DNA of 64,000 bases from a virus. Shown here one piece after another: positions 17,560-26,829 of this stretch. Under the pieces are notes generated by a model. It ran no database searches. It was not told where the DNA came from and was given only the letters and a program-made list of their open reading frames with translations. The position numbers were made by a program, and so were the translations under genes. The first letter of the stretch is position 1, and every line of letters begins with the position of its first letter. The DNA lies in IMG/VR virus record IMGVR_UViG_3300042359_000621; one strand, given 5' to 3'.

Positions 17560-18408
17560 TTAGAAATCAATACCCGCAGCCGCCAATGCCTCTAAGTCAC
17601 TAACAGGGGGTAATGCTGCCATAATTTGATCGGGTTGGATCAATGGGCGTTTAGGCTGTAACCCTTGCCAGGTAAATTCTTTAGCCCGTGCATTGTACCC
17701 AACAAAATAGTTTTTCCAGGTTTCTAATGTTGGGTTTTCAAATCCTGCAACTTTACAAGCGGGGGATTTTGTTTCATCGCCTGCCATCTCGCGTTTAACC
17801 TCAAAAGCAAAAACGCATAAACTCTTGAATGTCATCGCTTTTTCACTAGCAGGAATTTGGTTTTCAATGGCATGACAAGATGTAATTGCCGTTATGAATT
17901 TTCCCCATTCAACAGAAAAGGTCGCTTGAGCAGCACCAGTAAGTTTTAGGCTCAAGGGAATTTGGTGCAGAGGAATGTTTTTTGCATCCAAAAGAAATAC
18001 ATCAAACGCTTGAAAATTAGTGAAGTCTTTATTAGCTTTATGGATATTTTTTTTATAATATCCATCAAAAACATTCGTTTGCTGTTCTTTTGTCGCAGTT
18101 TTATTGAGTGCCAAAACCGGAGTCCGAGGACACACTAACATCCGCATCTTTTTAAACGACAAACCTTGTTCAGTCTCACCGCTTGCAAAAACATATTCAA
18201 TTAAATCTTTTTTGTCAAAATTATTCCATCCGGCTTTTGCGGCTTGGTTAATTTCGATAAAATACCCGCACTGTTTGGGGTCTTCTCCGCGTAAGGCTTG
18301 AATCCGGGGAAGCCGTGCATTAGGGTCTAAATATTCCTCGGATGCAAATTCATCGCGTTGAACTTGCATTAATTGATCTTGGTCAACATGGTCAATAGTT
18401 GAAGTCAT
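17560..18408 (-). CDS. Hypothetical protein (large early protein; a DNA-metabolism role is possible but unsupported)
   Basis: 282-aa ORF. Confidence 0.5.
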   Translation of the reverse strand: MTSTIDHVDQDQLMQVQRDEFASEEYLDPNARLPRIQALRGEDPKQCGYFIEINQAAKAGWNNFDKKDLIEYVFASGETEQGLSFKKMRMLVCPRTPVLALNKTATKEQQTNVFDGYYKKNIHKANKDFTNFQAFDVFLLDAKNIPLHQIPLSLKLTGAAQATFSVEWGKFITAITSCHAIENQIPASEKAMTFKSLCVFAFEVKREMAGDETKSPACKVAGFENPTLETWKNYFVGYNARAKEFTWQGLQPKRPLIQPDQIMAALPPVSDLEALAAAGIDF

Positions 18409-18499
18409 TGTTTTAACTTGATTTCTGTGGGTTTATTCGGGCTTAATCGCACCGCCCCAACGCCTCACAATCGCACTATGAAGCGTAAGGGAAAAACGA

Positions 18500-18736
18500 T
18501 TACTGATTACGCTCTTTGTACATATCAAAAGGATAAAAGTCGTCATCCGGCATTTCGGGAAAGAAGCCGTCGCTACCATCGGCAAATAGAATAATTCCCC
18601 CTGAGTTGTTGGGGTTCTTGATAAAAATGTCCCCTTCTGGATTTGAGAAATAATCCAGACTTAAACTAGATCCACGATCAGATCCAATCTCATAGGCTCT
18701 ATCTAAATTTTTTCTGTCCATGTTAGTTTTCTCCAA
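18500..18736 (-). CDS. Hypothetical protein
   Basis: 78-aa ORF. Confidence 0.4.
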   Translation of the reverse strand: MEKTNMDRKNLDRAYEIGSDRGSSLSLDYFSNPEGDIFIKNPNNSGGIILFADGSDGFFPEMPDDDFYPFDMYKERNQ

Positions 18737-18926
18737 GAATCGAATTAATTAATTCGTTAAACTCATTCATCGTTCCACGGGGAACCTGTGAGATGACTAA
18801 AGGAATTAGCTTGTCGTCAATCTCCACACACCGGGCATTTGTTCCCTGTTTGTGAAAAGGGATCGAATCCCTTTCTTTAATTAATCTGGCAAATTCTTCA
18901 GCTAACTGCTTAACATCCACATCCAT
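18723..18926 (-). CDS. Hypothetical protein
   Basis: 67-aa ORF. Confidence 0.4.
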   Translation of the reverse strand: MDVDVKQLAEEFARLIKERDSIPFHKQGTNARCVEIDDKLIPLVISQVPRGTMNEFNELINSILGEN

Positions 18927-19447
18927 TACGCCACCTCCTCGTCAACCCAAGACTGTTCAACCAAAGCATCAACAGCCAACTGAAAACTCCCATGTCGGGA
19001 TTGGGAATATTGAAACCCTTTCCCGTGTACCAACATCTCAGAAACCGCATAATAATCAGATTTGTAGTTCACTACATAGCCCAGTTTGCAGCCGGTTTCA
19101 TAGATGGCTGTACCTTTTGATTTTGCTAAGGAAACAATCATTTCTTGAGTTGGTTGATTCGCGTCGATTAATTCCCGTTTTTGGGAACAGATTAGCTCCC
19201 AATAGAATGAGAACTGATCCGCACCAATCAGAATCGCGCCACCATCTGCTAACACAAATTTCAAGATGTCGTGATTGGTAAAGATACCTGTTATCTGTTC
19301 GGGCGTGGGATTGATTTGTCCGAATGTATCCCAAGCAATGACTTGGGCAGCGATGGTCTTGTCTAGTGCTAACGCCATGATTTCCCCTGAAATCAGAGGG
19401 GCGGGCGCTGTCTGAACTTGACTTGTTTGGACGGTTGTTGCTATCAT
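18926..19447 (-). CDS. Hypothetical protein, first gene after the early-left promoter
   Basis: 173-aa ORF. Confidence 0.5.
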   Translation of the reverse strand: MIATTVQTSQVQTAPAPLISGEIMALALDKTIAAQVIAWDTFGQINPTPEQITGIFTNHDILKFVLADGGAILIGADQFSFYWELICSQKRELIDANQPTQEMIVSLAKSKGTAIYETGCKLGYVVNYKSDYYAVSEMLVHGKGFQYSQSRHGSFQLAVDALVEQSWVDEEVA

Positions 19448-19529
19448 GGTTTAGTTGGGTTTTGACCCGTAAGGCGGTTGGCACTGATGTTGTAGTCGGG
19501 TGCTGACCGCTTTTGGCTTTGTACCTACA

Positions 19530-19558
19530 ATCTTATAGTAATCTAATTACTATGTCAA
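19530..19558 (-). promoter_or_regulatory. Sigma-70-type early-left promoter with a palindromic operator in the spacer
   Basis: The minus strand reads TTGACA, then 17 nt (TAGTAATTAGATTACTA), then TAAGAT. The spacer is a 7-bp inverted repeat, TAGTAAT/ATTACTA. Confidence 0.55.
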
Positions 19559-19666
19559 GGGGTTTCGGAAAAATTCTTGTTACTACACAAAAAGAAGTTT
19601 AGGTATTGGCGGCAAGGCTTGTACAGAAAGGCATTTAGCTTATGCGGTTACAATCGACAATCACTC

Positions 19667-19999
19667 TCATCGCTTCTGACTAAAGGACTTGATTGTCACG
19701 GTAGGGAACAGGTCTCGGATATCAGCACCGAGGGTCTTTAAAACAAAATCCAATCTTTCACGACTAACAGATGCAACTTTTCCCTGTTCCCATTTGAGGA
19801 TTGTGTCAAAGGAAACCGTTGGCTCCGTAAGGGTTGCAAGTTTTTTTTGCGATATGTTTTTGGCATTTCTTACATCTTGCAATCTAGTCCCAACGTCCTT
19901 ATCCCAAGCAATTTGGACAATACAGTTATATGGAATCATAATCTCCTCTTCTTGATCTTTCGGTATAGTATTGACATTACTACCTTTTTGTTCTAACAT
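19667..19999 (-). CDS. XRE-family HTH transcriptional regulator (candidate phage repressor)
   Basis: NISQKKLATLTEPTVSFDTILKWEQGK is a Cro/C1-type HTH. The track ORF was trimmed to the ATG at 19999. Confidence 0.6.
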   Translation of the reverse strand: MLEQKGSNVNTIPKDQEEEIMIPYNCIVQIAWDKDVGTRLQDVRNAKNISQKKLATLTEPTVSFDTILKWEQGKVASVSRERLDFVLKTLGADIRDLFPTVTIKSFSQKR

Positions 20000-20381
20000 A
20001 GCAATATTGTAGGAATCTGGCAAGACCAAATCACCAGATTCCTGCACCCCCTGAAACAACAAGCCTTGGATCGGCTTTGTAAATCGTAAGGGGAAAAACC
20101 CGAAAAGGAAAATGCCTATGGGATGAAACTGAACGGGCAGATTGTAGAACACCTAAATACCAGAGGGAAGATTCAAGCATTCCCTTTGGTTTCCTAAATA
20201 ATGAAATGAAAAAAATAGCGATAGCGATTGCGATTGCGATTTTTGCAGTCATAAATTGTTTATTAATTTTCTGTGATGATTCGCAGAAAATCGGGGAAAA
20301 TTCCCCGTCGGAAGAGCAACCCAAACGGGGAGATGGTCGAAGAAGCTGATCATCATTTTCCCTAAAAATTTTGAGGAAAAT

Positions 20382-20660
20382 ATGAAGATTTCAATTTCAG
20401 AAGAATTGGATGACATTGGAATGTCCGCCGAAGCATTCCGAGTCTATTTTGCGATCGTTTGCCATATTGCAAATCACGAGACGTTTCCAACGGTTGATCA
20501 AATCACATCAAAATGTTTTTCCAGACGACGCGCGTCTGGAAAAACGCAGACAAGGCTTGCGTTGCGCGAGCTAATTAAGCTCGGTTTAATTAGCGGTGAT
20601 ATCGAAACGGAAAACTATACCTTAGTTCATCCCAGTAAGTGGGAAGTGGGGGCTGTATGA
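20382..20660 (+). CDS. Winged-helix DNA-binding protein, first gene of the rightward replication operon
   Basis: 92-aa ORF. FRVYFAIVCH...TRLALRELIKLGLI is wHTH-like. Confidence 0.45.
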   Translation: MKISISEELDDIGMSAEAFRVYFAIVCHIANHETFPTVDQITSKCFSRRRASGKTQTRLALRELIKLGLISGDIETENYTLVHPSKWEVGAV

Positions 20661-21832
20661 AACCATCTATTCTAGCCGCCTTTGCAGAAGCCGTCCCCTA
20701 TATCCCCGGACTCAGACAGCAAACAGGGAGCGTAGTAGCCACGATTCTTATGATGCAACTTGAGTATCGTTTCGCAAAGTATCCAGACGGGTTTTATAAG
20801 TTTTTAGAACCCCCTCAAAACGGACATCAGGACTACAGGCTTGGGGATAGTTGGGTTGAGGAACTCGCTTTTTCTAAAGAAGAATTTAGGACTGGGTTTG
20901 ACAAGATTGGAGTCCGTTACAACTCCAAAACCCAGTATGACGAAGCAAAATCTAGCGGATCGGAATTTGGTTGTAATTACTACTGTTCTTACGTTGACCG
21001 GAGGTCGGGGTTAACTTTCTACTTTCGGAATCACAGCAAGGTAGATGAGCTAATTTCCGATATCGAACCCAGGCAAAAATCAGTGGGTTTTCGCCCACGG
21101 AAAACTAGACCCCAAATGGTAGATCCCAATCTACAGGAAATCGGGAATCCCAATTTACTGAATATGGTAAATCCCAATTTACCATCATCGGGAATCCCAA
21201 TTTACCAGAGTGGTGAATCCCAATTTCCTATTCCTTATATAGATATTTCAGAAAAGACTTCAGAAAAGACTCCAGAAAATACCCCCCTTACCCCCCAAGG
21301 GGAATCGGAGGAGGGGGGGATTCAGAACGAAGCCGTTTTGATTTCAAACGAAGACCAGGGGAAAGAGCTTACCGAGGACTCTGCTACACAGCAAAGTCAA
21401 AAAGAGAATCACCGACCTGAACAAAATCTTAATCCGGTGATCAGACATTCCGCCGCCGTCGAGTCCGATCCTCGATTTCTACCAACGGACGCAACAGCAG
21501 ACAATATGAAAACTTGGAACGCAATTGTGGCGACCGGAGCCATGAGAGGTGAGCGATCGCCCGACCCTGAGTTTTTGGAATATTACAGGGGGCTATTAAG
21601 CAAATGCACTCATTACAGGGGCAAAGACTGTAATTCAAACCATGCCAAATCTTCCCTTGCTCAGAAATGGAAATCCGAGCCACTAAAAATCCTTGCCGAT
21701 GCCGAGTCGTGGTTGAAATCAAAAGCCAAGTTTAGCGGTGGCAAATCAACCCAGACCCGCAATATCAGCGAACTTTCTAGGGATGAACGCCTCGCCATCC
21801 TGAGAGCCAAACGCGAACAAAAAGGAGCCTAA
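20639..21832 (+). CDS. Putative replication initiator (lambda O-like organisation, with iterons inside the gene)
   Basis: Position upstream of DnaB, with five phased iterons inside the coding sequence. Confidence 0.5.
   Translation: MGSGGCMKPSILAAFAEAVPYIPGLRQQTGSVVATILMMQLEYRFAKYPDGFYKFLEPPQNGHQDYRLGDSWVEELAFSKEEFRTGFDKIGVRYNSKTQYDEAKSSGSEFGCNYYCSYVDRRSGLTFYFRNHSKVDELISDIEPRQKSVGFRPRKTRPQMVDPNLQEIGNPNLLNMVNPNLPSSGIPIYQSGESQFPIPYIDISEKTSEKTPENTPLTPQGESEEGGIQNEAVLISNEDQGKELTEDSATQQSQKENHRPEQNLNPVIRHSAAVESDPRFLPTDATADNMKTWNAIVATGAMRGERSPDPEFLEYYRGLLSKCTHYRGKDCNSNHAKSSLAQKWKSEPLKILADAESWLKSKAKFSGGKSTQTRNISELSRDERLAILRAKREQKGA
21122..21227 (+). repeat. Five iterons (G)AATCCCAATTTAC spaced 22-24 bp apart; candidate replication origin
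   Basis: Copies start at 21122, 21145, 21169, 21192 and 21214. They are followed by an A/T-rich stretch with CAGAAAAGACT twice. Confidence 0.6.
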
Positions 21833-21834
21833 CC

Positions 21835-22422
21835 ATGACCGAGCTTAACGATGAAATCTTTGATCAGGGAATTGAAAACCTGAAAGAAAATTTTTCCGAC
21901 GCGATTTTCACCGAACTCAAATATGAAATTTGGTTCGACAAACTCTCTCAGGAGTTATCAGCTGAAGAATTTGAGACTGCAATCCGTGAGGCAATTTTCA
22001 ACCTTAGCAAGTGTCCCACGGGAAAAGAGCTTGTAAGCCTCGTTAAAGAATCCGAACGTGAGTTAGTAAGTAACTGTTGGTCAAGATGCCTAGAATCGCT
22101 TGCTAAACGCCTCCCGTTGAATAATTTAGACGATGCGAGTCAATATGCAATCGTTCAACTCGGAGGGATGTCTCACCTTGGGTCGATTGAAAGTACCCAA
22201 CTCAACTACCTGAGCAACGATTTCAAGACTCATTGGCAAGCCTACCGAAAAGCCCCGCGAGAATTTGAGCGTCCCACGCAGGTCATCCCCCGTGAGCAAA
22301 TCGAGTTCAAGCCCAATGGACTCAAGCCACAGATTTCAGAGGAACAGAAGTTAAAAAATCAGGAATTTCTAAATAACCTGATCGCCACAAAAATGAATAA
22401 AAACTTAAATGGAGCGAAATAA
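21835..22422 (+). CDS. Hypothetical replication-module protein (a helicase-loader role is possible)
   Basis: 195-aa ORF between the initiator and DnaB, joined to DnaB by a TAATG overlap. Confidence 0.4.
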   Translation: MTELNDEIFDQGIENLKENFSDAIFTELKYEIWFDKLSQELSAEEFETAIREAIFNLSKCPTGKELVSLVKESERELVSNCWSRCLESLAKRLPLNNLDDASQYAIVQLGGMSHLGSIESTQLNYLSNDFKTHWQAYRKAPREFERPTQVIPREQIEFKPNGLKPQISEEQKLKNQEFLNNLIATKMNKNLNGAK

Positions 22423-23735
22423 TGGAAACAATAATCATGCAAAACGTTGAGGCAGAACAAGCCGTTTTGGGAGCGATTCTCTTAGACCCCGAAGCTATGG
22501 GGCGAGTTGCGGAAACGCTAACTGCTAAATCTTTTTCCCTGCGATCGCATCAAACAATCTACAAAGCAGCTTTAGCATTACATTCCGAGGGAATAACCAC
22601 GGATTTAATGACCGTCACTACCTGGTTATCCGATCAGAAATTACTTGAGAAAGCCGGGGGACAATTAGGATTAACCCAATTATTAGACCGCACAGTTTCA
22701 GCAGTTAACATTGATCAATACGGGCTGTTAATTGCCGATAAGCAAACTCGAAGAAACCTAATTGAATCTGCCCATAAAATTATTGAATTGGCAGAAGATA
22801 CCAGTCAACCTTTAGAGACAATTCTCCAAAAGTCAGAGGAACAAATTGCTAATATTTCCCAATCAAAATCACAACAGGATTTAGTTTCGATTGGTGAAAC
22901 TTTAATTGATACCTTTCAAGAAATTGAAGATCGGAGCGAAAGCAAGATTCCCCCCGGTGTCCCCTCTGGATTTTATGACCTCGATGCTATGACTGGAGGA
23001 TTCCAACACACCGACTTAATTATTGTGGCAGGAAGACCTGCAATGGGCAAATCGAGTTTGGCTTTAAATTTTGGATATAACATTGCCAAAAAAGGGTTAC
23101 CCGTCGCGGTCTTCAGTTTAGAAATGTCCAAAGGTCAATTAGTCCAAAGACTATTATCGAGCGAAACCAAAATTGAAAGTACCCGCATTCGTTCGGGAAA
23201 CATTCAGCAAGAGGAATGGGAACCTTTGACAACCGCAATTAGTTCCTTAGCAGAATTACCGATTTTTATTGACGACACCTCGAATCCAACAGTTAACGAA
23301 ATCAAGAAAAAAGCCCAAAAATTGCAAGCCGAAAACGATGGAAAATTAGGATTAATCCTAATAGATTATCTGCAATTAATGGACGGAGGAAGTGATAATC
23401 GGGTGCAAGAATTGTCAAGAATTACACGGGGATTAAAGGGAATGGCAAAAGATTTAAACGTTCCTGTAGTTGCCTTATCTCAGTTGAGTCGTGCCGTTGA
23501 ACAGCGCACTAATAAACGCCCAATGTTATCGGATTTGAGGGAGTCGGGAAGTATTGAGATGGATGCGGATTTAGTAATGATGATCTATCGAGATGATTAT
23601 TATAATCCTAACACTTCGGACGAGGGAATTGCAGAGTTAATTTTAGCCAAACATCGCAACGGCCCCACCGGAACGGTCAAGTTATTATTTGATTCTCAAT
23701 TTACCCAATTTAAAAATTTAGCGAGGTCTAACTAG
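22422..23735 (+). CDS. dnaB: Replicative DNA helicase DnaB
   Basis: N-terminal VEAEQAVLGAILLDP, Walker A GRPAMGKSS, IDYLQLM and a SQLSR..E motif. Confidence 0.9.
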   Translation: METIIMQNVEAEQAVLGAILLDPEAMGRVAETLTAKSFSLRSHQTIYKAALALHSEGITTDLMTVTTWLSDQKLLEKAGGQLGLTQLLDRTVSAVNIDQYGLLIADKQTRRNLIESAHKIIELAEDTSQPLETILQKSEEQIANISQSKSQQDLVSIGETLIDTFQEIEDRSESKIPPGVPSGFYDLDAMTGGFQHTDLIIVAGRPAMGKSSLALNFGYNIAKKGLPVAVFSLEMSKGQLVQRLLSSETKIESTRIRSGNIQQEEWEPLTTAISSLAELPIFIDDTSNPTVNEIKKKAQKLQAENDGKLGLILIDYLQLMDGGSDNRVQELSRITRGLKGMAKDLNVPVVALSQLSRAVEQRTNKRPMLSDLRESGSIEMDADLVMMIYRDDYYNPNTSDEGIAELILAKHRNGPTGTVKLLFDSQFTQFKNLARSN

Positions 23736-23744
23736 GAGAGTTAA

Positions 23745-24023
23745 ATGGAAAATTCAACAAAACGAGATGAGTTGATTGCATTTCTTGAATTCCATGTACC
23801 ACTACAACTTTATGAATTAAAATTGCGCGAACTCGAGCCAGGGACATCCAGATTTAACAAAGAGTTGCGCGAGTGTGGTCAGGTAGTTTCCGAAAAAGGT
23901 GACACCATTCTTTTTCACACCAAAGAAACAGCGAAAAACGTTGTTAAATTATCCAAAGCAATAGCAATGTTACTACTAATAAACAAGGAAGTAACAGTTT
24001 TCGGTACAACCTTTAAACTCTGA
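23745..24023 (+). CDS. Hypothetical protein
   Basis: 92-aa ORF. Confidence 0.45.
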   Translation: MENSTKRDELIAFLEFHVPLQLYELKLRELEPGTSRFNKELRECGQVVSEKGDTILFHTKETAKNVVKLSKAIAMLLLINKEVTVFGTTFKL

Positions 24024-24029
24024 CGACTA

Positions 24030-24458
24030 ATGGATAGACTTGGTTGGGAAGACTTAGGAAGTATTATCAATTGGTTTTACGAACAACAGAGACAAGGCAA
24101 AACTTCCTTTAAAGTTCAAGAAATGCGCGATAAGTTTAATTTGAATATTCCAAACGCAAACACCAGAATAAAACGGTTTCTTAAGTTTGAAATCATTAAG
24201 CCACTAACTTATGGCAGATACAAAATCGAACCACTGTCGGAAGAAAGAATCCAGGAGATTAAAGACAAAATCATCCCCCCTAATCCCATTTTTAAAACCT
24301 ATTATTTCAGGGGAAGACAACATACCGTTGAATGGATTTACCAAAACCAAAACCCCCCGATGACCCTCCAATATTTTGCTCAAAGACTTCAACGGGGTTG
24401 GTCACTAAAGAAAGCATTAGAAACACCGACCCGAAAATACAAAAAAGAGGTTAATTAA
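24030..24458 (+). CDS. Hypothetical protein
   Basis: 142-aa ORF. Confidence 0.45.
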   Translation: MDRLGWEDLGSIINWFYEQQRQGKTSFKVQEMRDKFNLNIPNANTRIKRFLKFEIIKPLTYGRYKIEPLSEERIQEIKDKIIPPNPIFKTYYFRGRQHTVEWIYQNQNPPMTLQYFAQRLQRGWSLKKALETPTRKYKKEVN

Positions 24459-24462
24459 CGCC

Positions 24463-25041
24463 ATGACCGCAGCAACCAAGAAGATAATTGAAAGAGTCTT
24501 AAAAATTGGTGAGTGGGTAGAGATTGACCCTCACAAACACCGCTCAAACTATTTAATTAAGGGAACAGCTTGGCGGGTTGAGGGATTTAATTCAATAAAA
24601 CAAACCTGTCAAATAACTAACGAAAAAACAGGGAATTTACATAGATCGGAAACCCTAGATTTTGAGGAAGTTTCCGATTCAAGTCCATTCAAAAAAACTG
24701 ATATTGTCCAACTTAAAAGCGACCATCGATATGTTGGGCGGGTTGTTAATTGTCGAAGAAATAAAATAACAATTGAATGGGCATGGGGTGGAGTCCGAGA
24801 ATCCCTAGACTCGGACAAAATAAAGTTATTTGTTCGGATGGTCATGGGGGAACAAATATTGTTGGGTGATTATGCTTTTAAAGAAGGCGATCGCGTTCAC
24901 ACCAGTGATAAGAATTTTGGCAATGTGATTCTAACTGTTCGGGAGTGTTTACCTTCTGGGATGGTGGTTTTAAGTTCATCAAATGATCCTAACTTATTAC
25001 TCCCCGGCTGTGGCTTAACGATTGTTGAGGAGGATTTCTAA
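24463..25041 (+). CDS. Hypothetical protein with three short SH3/Tudor-like repeats (weak)
   Basis: 192-aa ORF. Confidence 0.45.
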   Translation: MTAATKKIIERVLKIGEWVEIDPHKHRSNYLIKGTAWRVEGFNSIKQTCQITNEKTGNLHRSETLDFEEVSDSSPFKKTDIVQLKSDHRYVGRVVNCRRNKITIEWAWGGVRESLDSDKIKLFVRMVMGEQILLGDYAFKEGDRVHTSDKNFGNVILTVRECLPSGMVVLSSSNDPNLLLPGCGLTIVEEDF

Positions 25042-26072
25042 TGTTAACATTTGCAACATTATTTACAGGCGGTGGCGGTGCAGATTTAGGCCTAGAGTCA
25101 GCAGGATTTAAGTCTATCTGGGGAGTTGAGCGAGATCCTAAAATTGCTAAAGTTGCCCAAGTAAATCTCCCTAATACTAAAATATTTAATTCTTGCGTCG
25201 GTGAAATTCGCACTCATCTCATGGAACGGGTTGATTTGCTTTGGATGAGTCCCCCATGTCAGCAATATTCAATGGCGCGGCGTGGTGATATTCCCGATCA
25301 CAAAGACAAAGATGCGGGGTTGTATTGTCGGGACTATATAGCTACATTAAACCCTCGATGGGTGGTTCTTGAGAATGTACCAGGATATGCTAAGTCGCCG
25401 ACATTTGAGGCGATATTGCGATCGCTGATTGATTGCGGATATCGCTACCATTGGTTAATTCTTGACGCGGCGGATTATGGGGTTCCGCAGAACCGGAAAC
25501 GATTAATCATGTGGGCAGTCAAAAACTCAGAACCCCTCCCATATTTTCCCGAATCAAAGCCTAGAAAGGGATGGTATCAAGCTATTAGTGATTTAATCCC
25601 TGAGATGAGTGATTGTGAGCTTGCAGACTGGCAGATTAAGCGACTGAATGAATTGGGTTATTTGCCAGAAAAAGCCTTGATTGATATTAGTAAGAATCGA
25701 CATAAACCAGCTACGGCCAGAGATGGGAACGATCCGAGTTTTACCCTATTAACCGATCATAGTGGCTACCATTCACCCGTTTTATTAGTCCCCCGTGCAG
25801 GCGCTTGTATCAAAAATATCCTCCCAACCCCCTCGGACAAACCCTGCCCAACAATTCGAGCTATGAAGGATGTTTCGACCCATTGGGCGGACATTGTAGA
25901 GGGAAGTCAAATTAAACGAATTAGTCAAAAAGCGACGGCACGGCTTCAGACTTTCCCCGACTCCTGTCAATTCCCAGAATCCAAATCTTTAAGCCAACAA
26001 ATAATAGGAAACGCCGTGCCTCCGTTATTGGCTAAAGAATTAGGTTTAGCAATCTTAAAATCAATTAACTAA
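25041..26072 (+). CDS. dcm: DNA (cytosine-5)-methyltransferase
   Basis: The canonical C5-MTase motif set: LFTGGGGADLG (I), PPCQQYS (IV), ENVPG (VI), QNRKRL (VIII) and GNAVPP (X). Confidence 0.9.
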   Translation: MLTFATLFTGGGGADLGLESAGFKSIWGVERDPKIAKVAQVNLPNTKIFNSCVGEIRTHLMERVDLLWMSPPCQQYSMARRGDIPDHKDKDAGLYCRDYIATLNPRWVVLENVPGYAKSPTFEAILRSLIDCGYRYHWLILDAADYGVPQNRKRLIMWAVKNSEPLPYFPESKPRKGWYQAISDLIPEMSDCELADWQIKRLNELGYLPEKALIDISKNRHKPATARDGNDPSFTLLTDHSGYHSPVLLVPRAGACIKNILPTPSDKPCPTIRAMKDVSTHWADIVEGSQIKRISQKATARLQTFPDSCQFPESKSLSQQIIGNAVPPLLAKELGLAILKSIN

Positions 26073-26074
26073 CC

Positions 26075-26518
26075 ATGAAAACATTAACTAAAGCCAAAAC
26101 CAAACCCGCTAAAAAAGGATTTCAACCCGCCCAAAAAATTCATGCCAACGACCTCCACACATTCTCTTGTGAGTGTCTCTGGTATGATGCTGCCACCGAC
26201 GAGGAACTCCTGACCGAATTGTGGACGATCAAACTCGACAAACGGCGATTCAGAACAGATGTCCGGCAGGCAATTGTTACGGGGTTGATCTATTGTTTCT
26301 TGGAAACCCCCGAAGCAGCAGAGCGACATATTAACCGAGTATTTTTTTGGAATAATAAATCCCGTGCCTATGAGCCATTAGGGGCAGTGTCTGACGCGCC
26401 GATGGACGGATCTAGTCCGGTTGATTTTGAAGCCGATCCGGTGGTGGCTTATGAGCGATTAAAAGCCCTTTGTGTCGAGATCGAAGTTATCAAGGTTGAC
26501 GATTGCTTTTGCTCTTGA
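26075..26518 (+). CDS. Hypothetical protein
   Basis: 147-aa ORF. Confidence 0.45.
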   Translation: MKTLTKAKTKPAKKGFQPAQKIHANDLHTFSCECLWYDAATDEELLTELWTIKLDKRRFRTDVRQAIVTGLIYCFLETPEAAERHINRVFFWNNKSRAYEPLGAVSDAPMDGSSPVDFEADPVVAYERLKALCVEIEVIKVDDCFCS

Positions 26519-26577
26519 CCTTTTAAAAATACACAAATAAACTTGTTTTTTTTGCGTTATTTGTGTATAATGAAAAC

Positions 26578-26829
26578 AGTCAAGAATCAAGGTTTACCAA
26601 TGTAGTTTGTTGGTAAATAGTTAACCAGTCTAAGCTCTTTACTGAGCTACGTTATTGGGAAGTGTTTAAGTTCATACCTTGGGATGCGTTGCCAGTTCCA
26701 AGCTCTATAACTAAGTGATTAAACAGATGTACAGCAATTAAGTCAGTGTCACTTAGATAGTACCGCCCAATAACATTGACGAGGCACACATTACCCGATT
26801 TATCGGAGGCTCGAAAGAGTTATTTTTAA
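26578..26829 (+). ncRNA. Structured leader, candidate omega-RNA-like scaffold upstream of the IscB-type ORF remnant
   Basis: TATAAT at 26566-26571. Nested helices: 26593-26600/26610-26617 (8 bp), 26651-26659/26766-26774 (9 bp, long range) and 26711-26718/26749-26756 (8 bp). A CTC-GAAA-GAG tetraloop sits near the ATG. Confidence 0.35.

Noticed and set aside
20031-20324. 97-aa minus-strand ORF containing AIAIAIAI
   Set aside because: It is produced by reading through the (WGCGAT)4 microsatellite in the intergenic control region. It overlaps the extended N-terminus of the XRE ORF, and nothing supports it as coding.
21122-21227. CRISPR-like array (also considered for 29143..29180)
   Set aside because: The repeats are only 8-14 nt with 10-24 nt periods, far below CRISPR repeat and spacer sizes. 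They lie inside a coding region or directly upstream of int. Iterons and arm-type sites explain them better, and no cas genes are seen.
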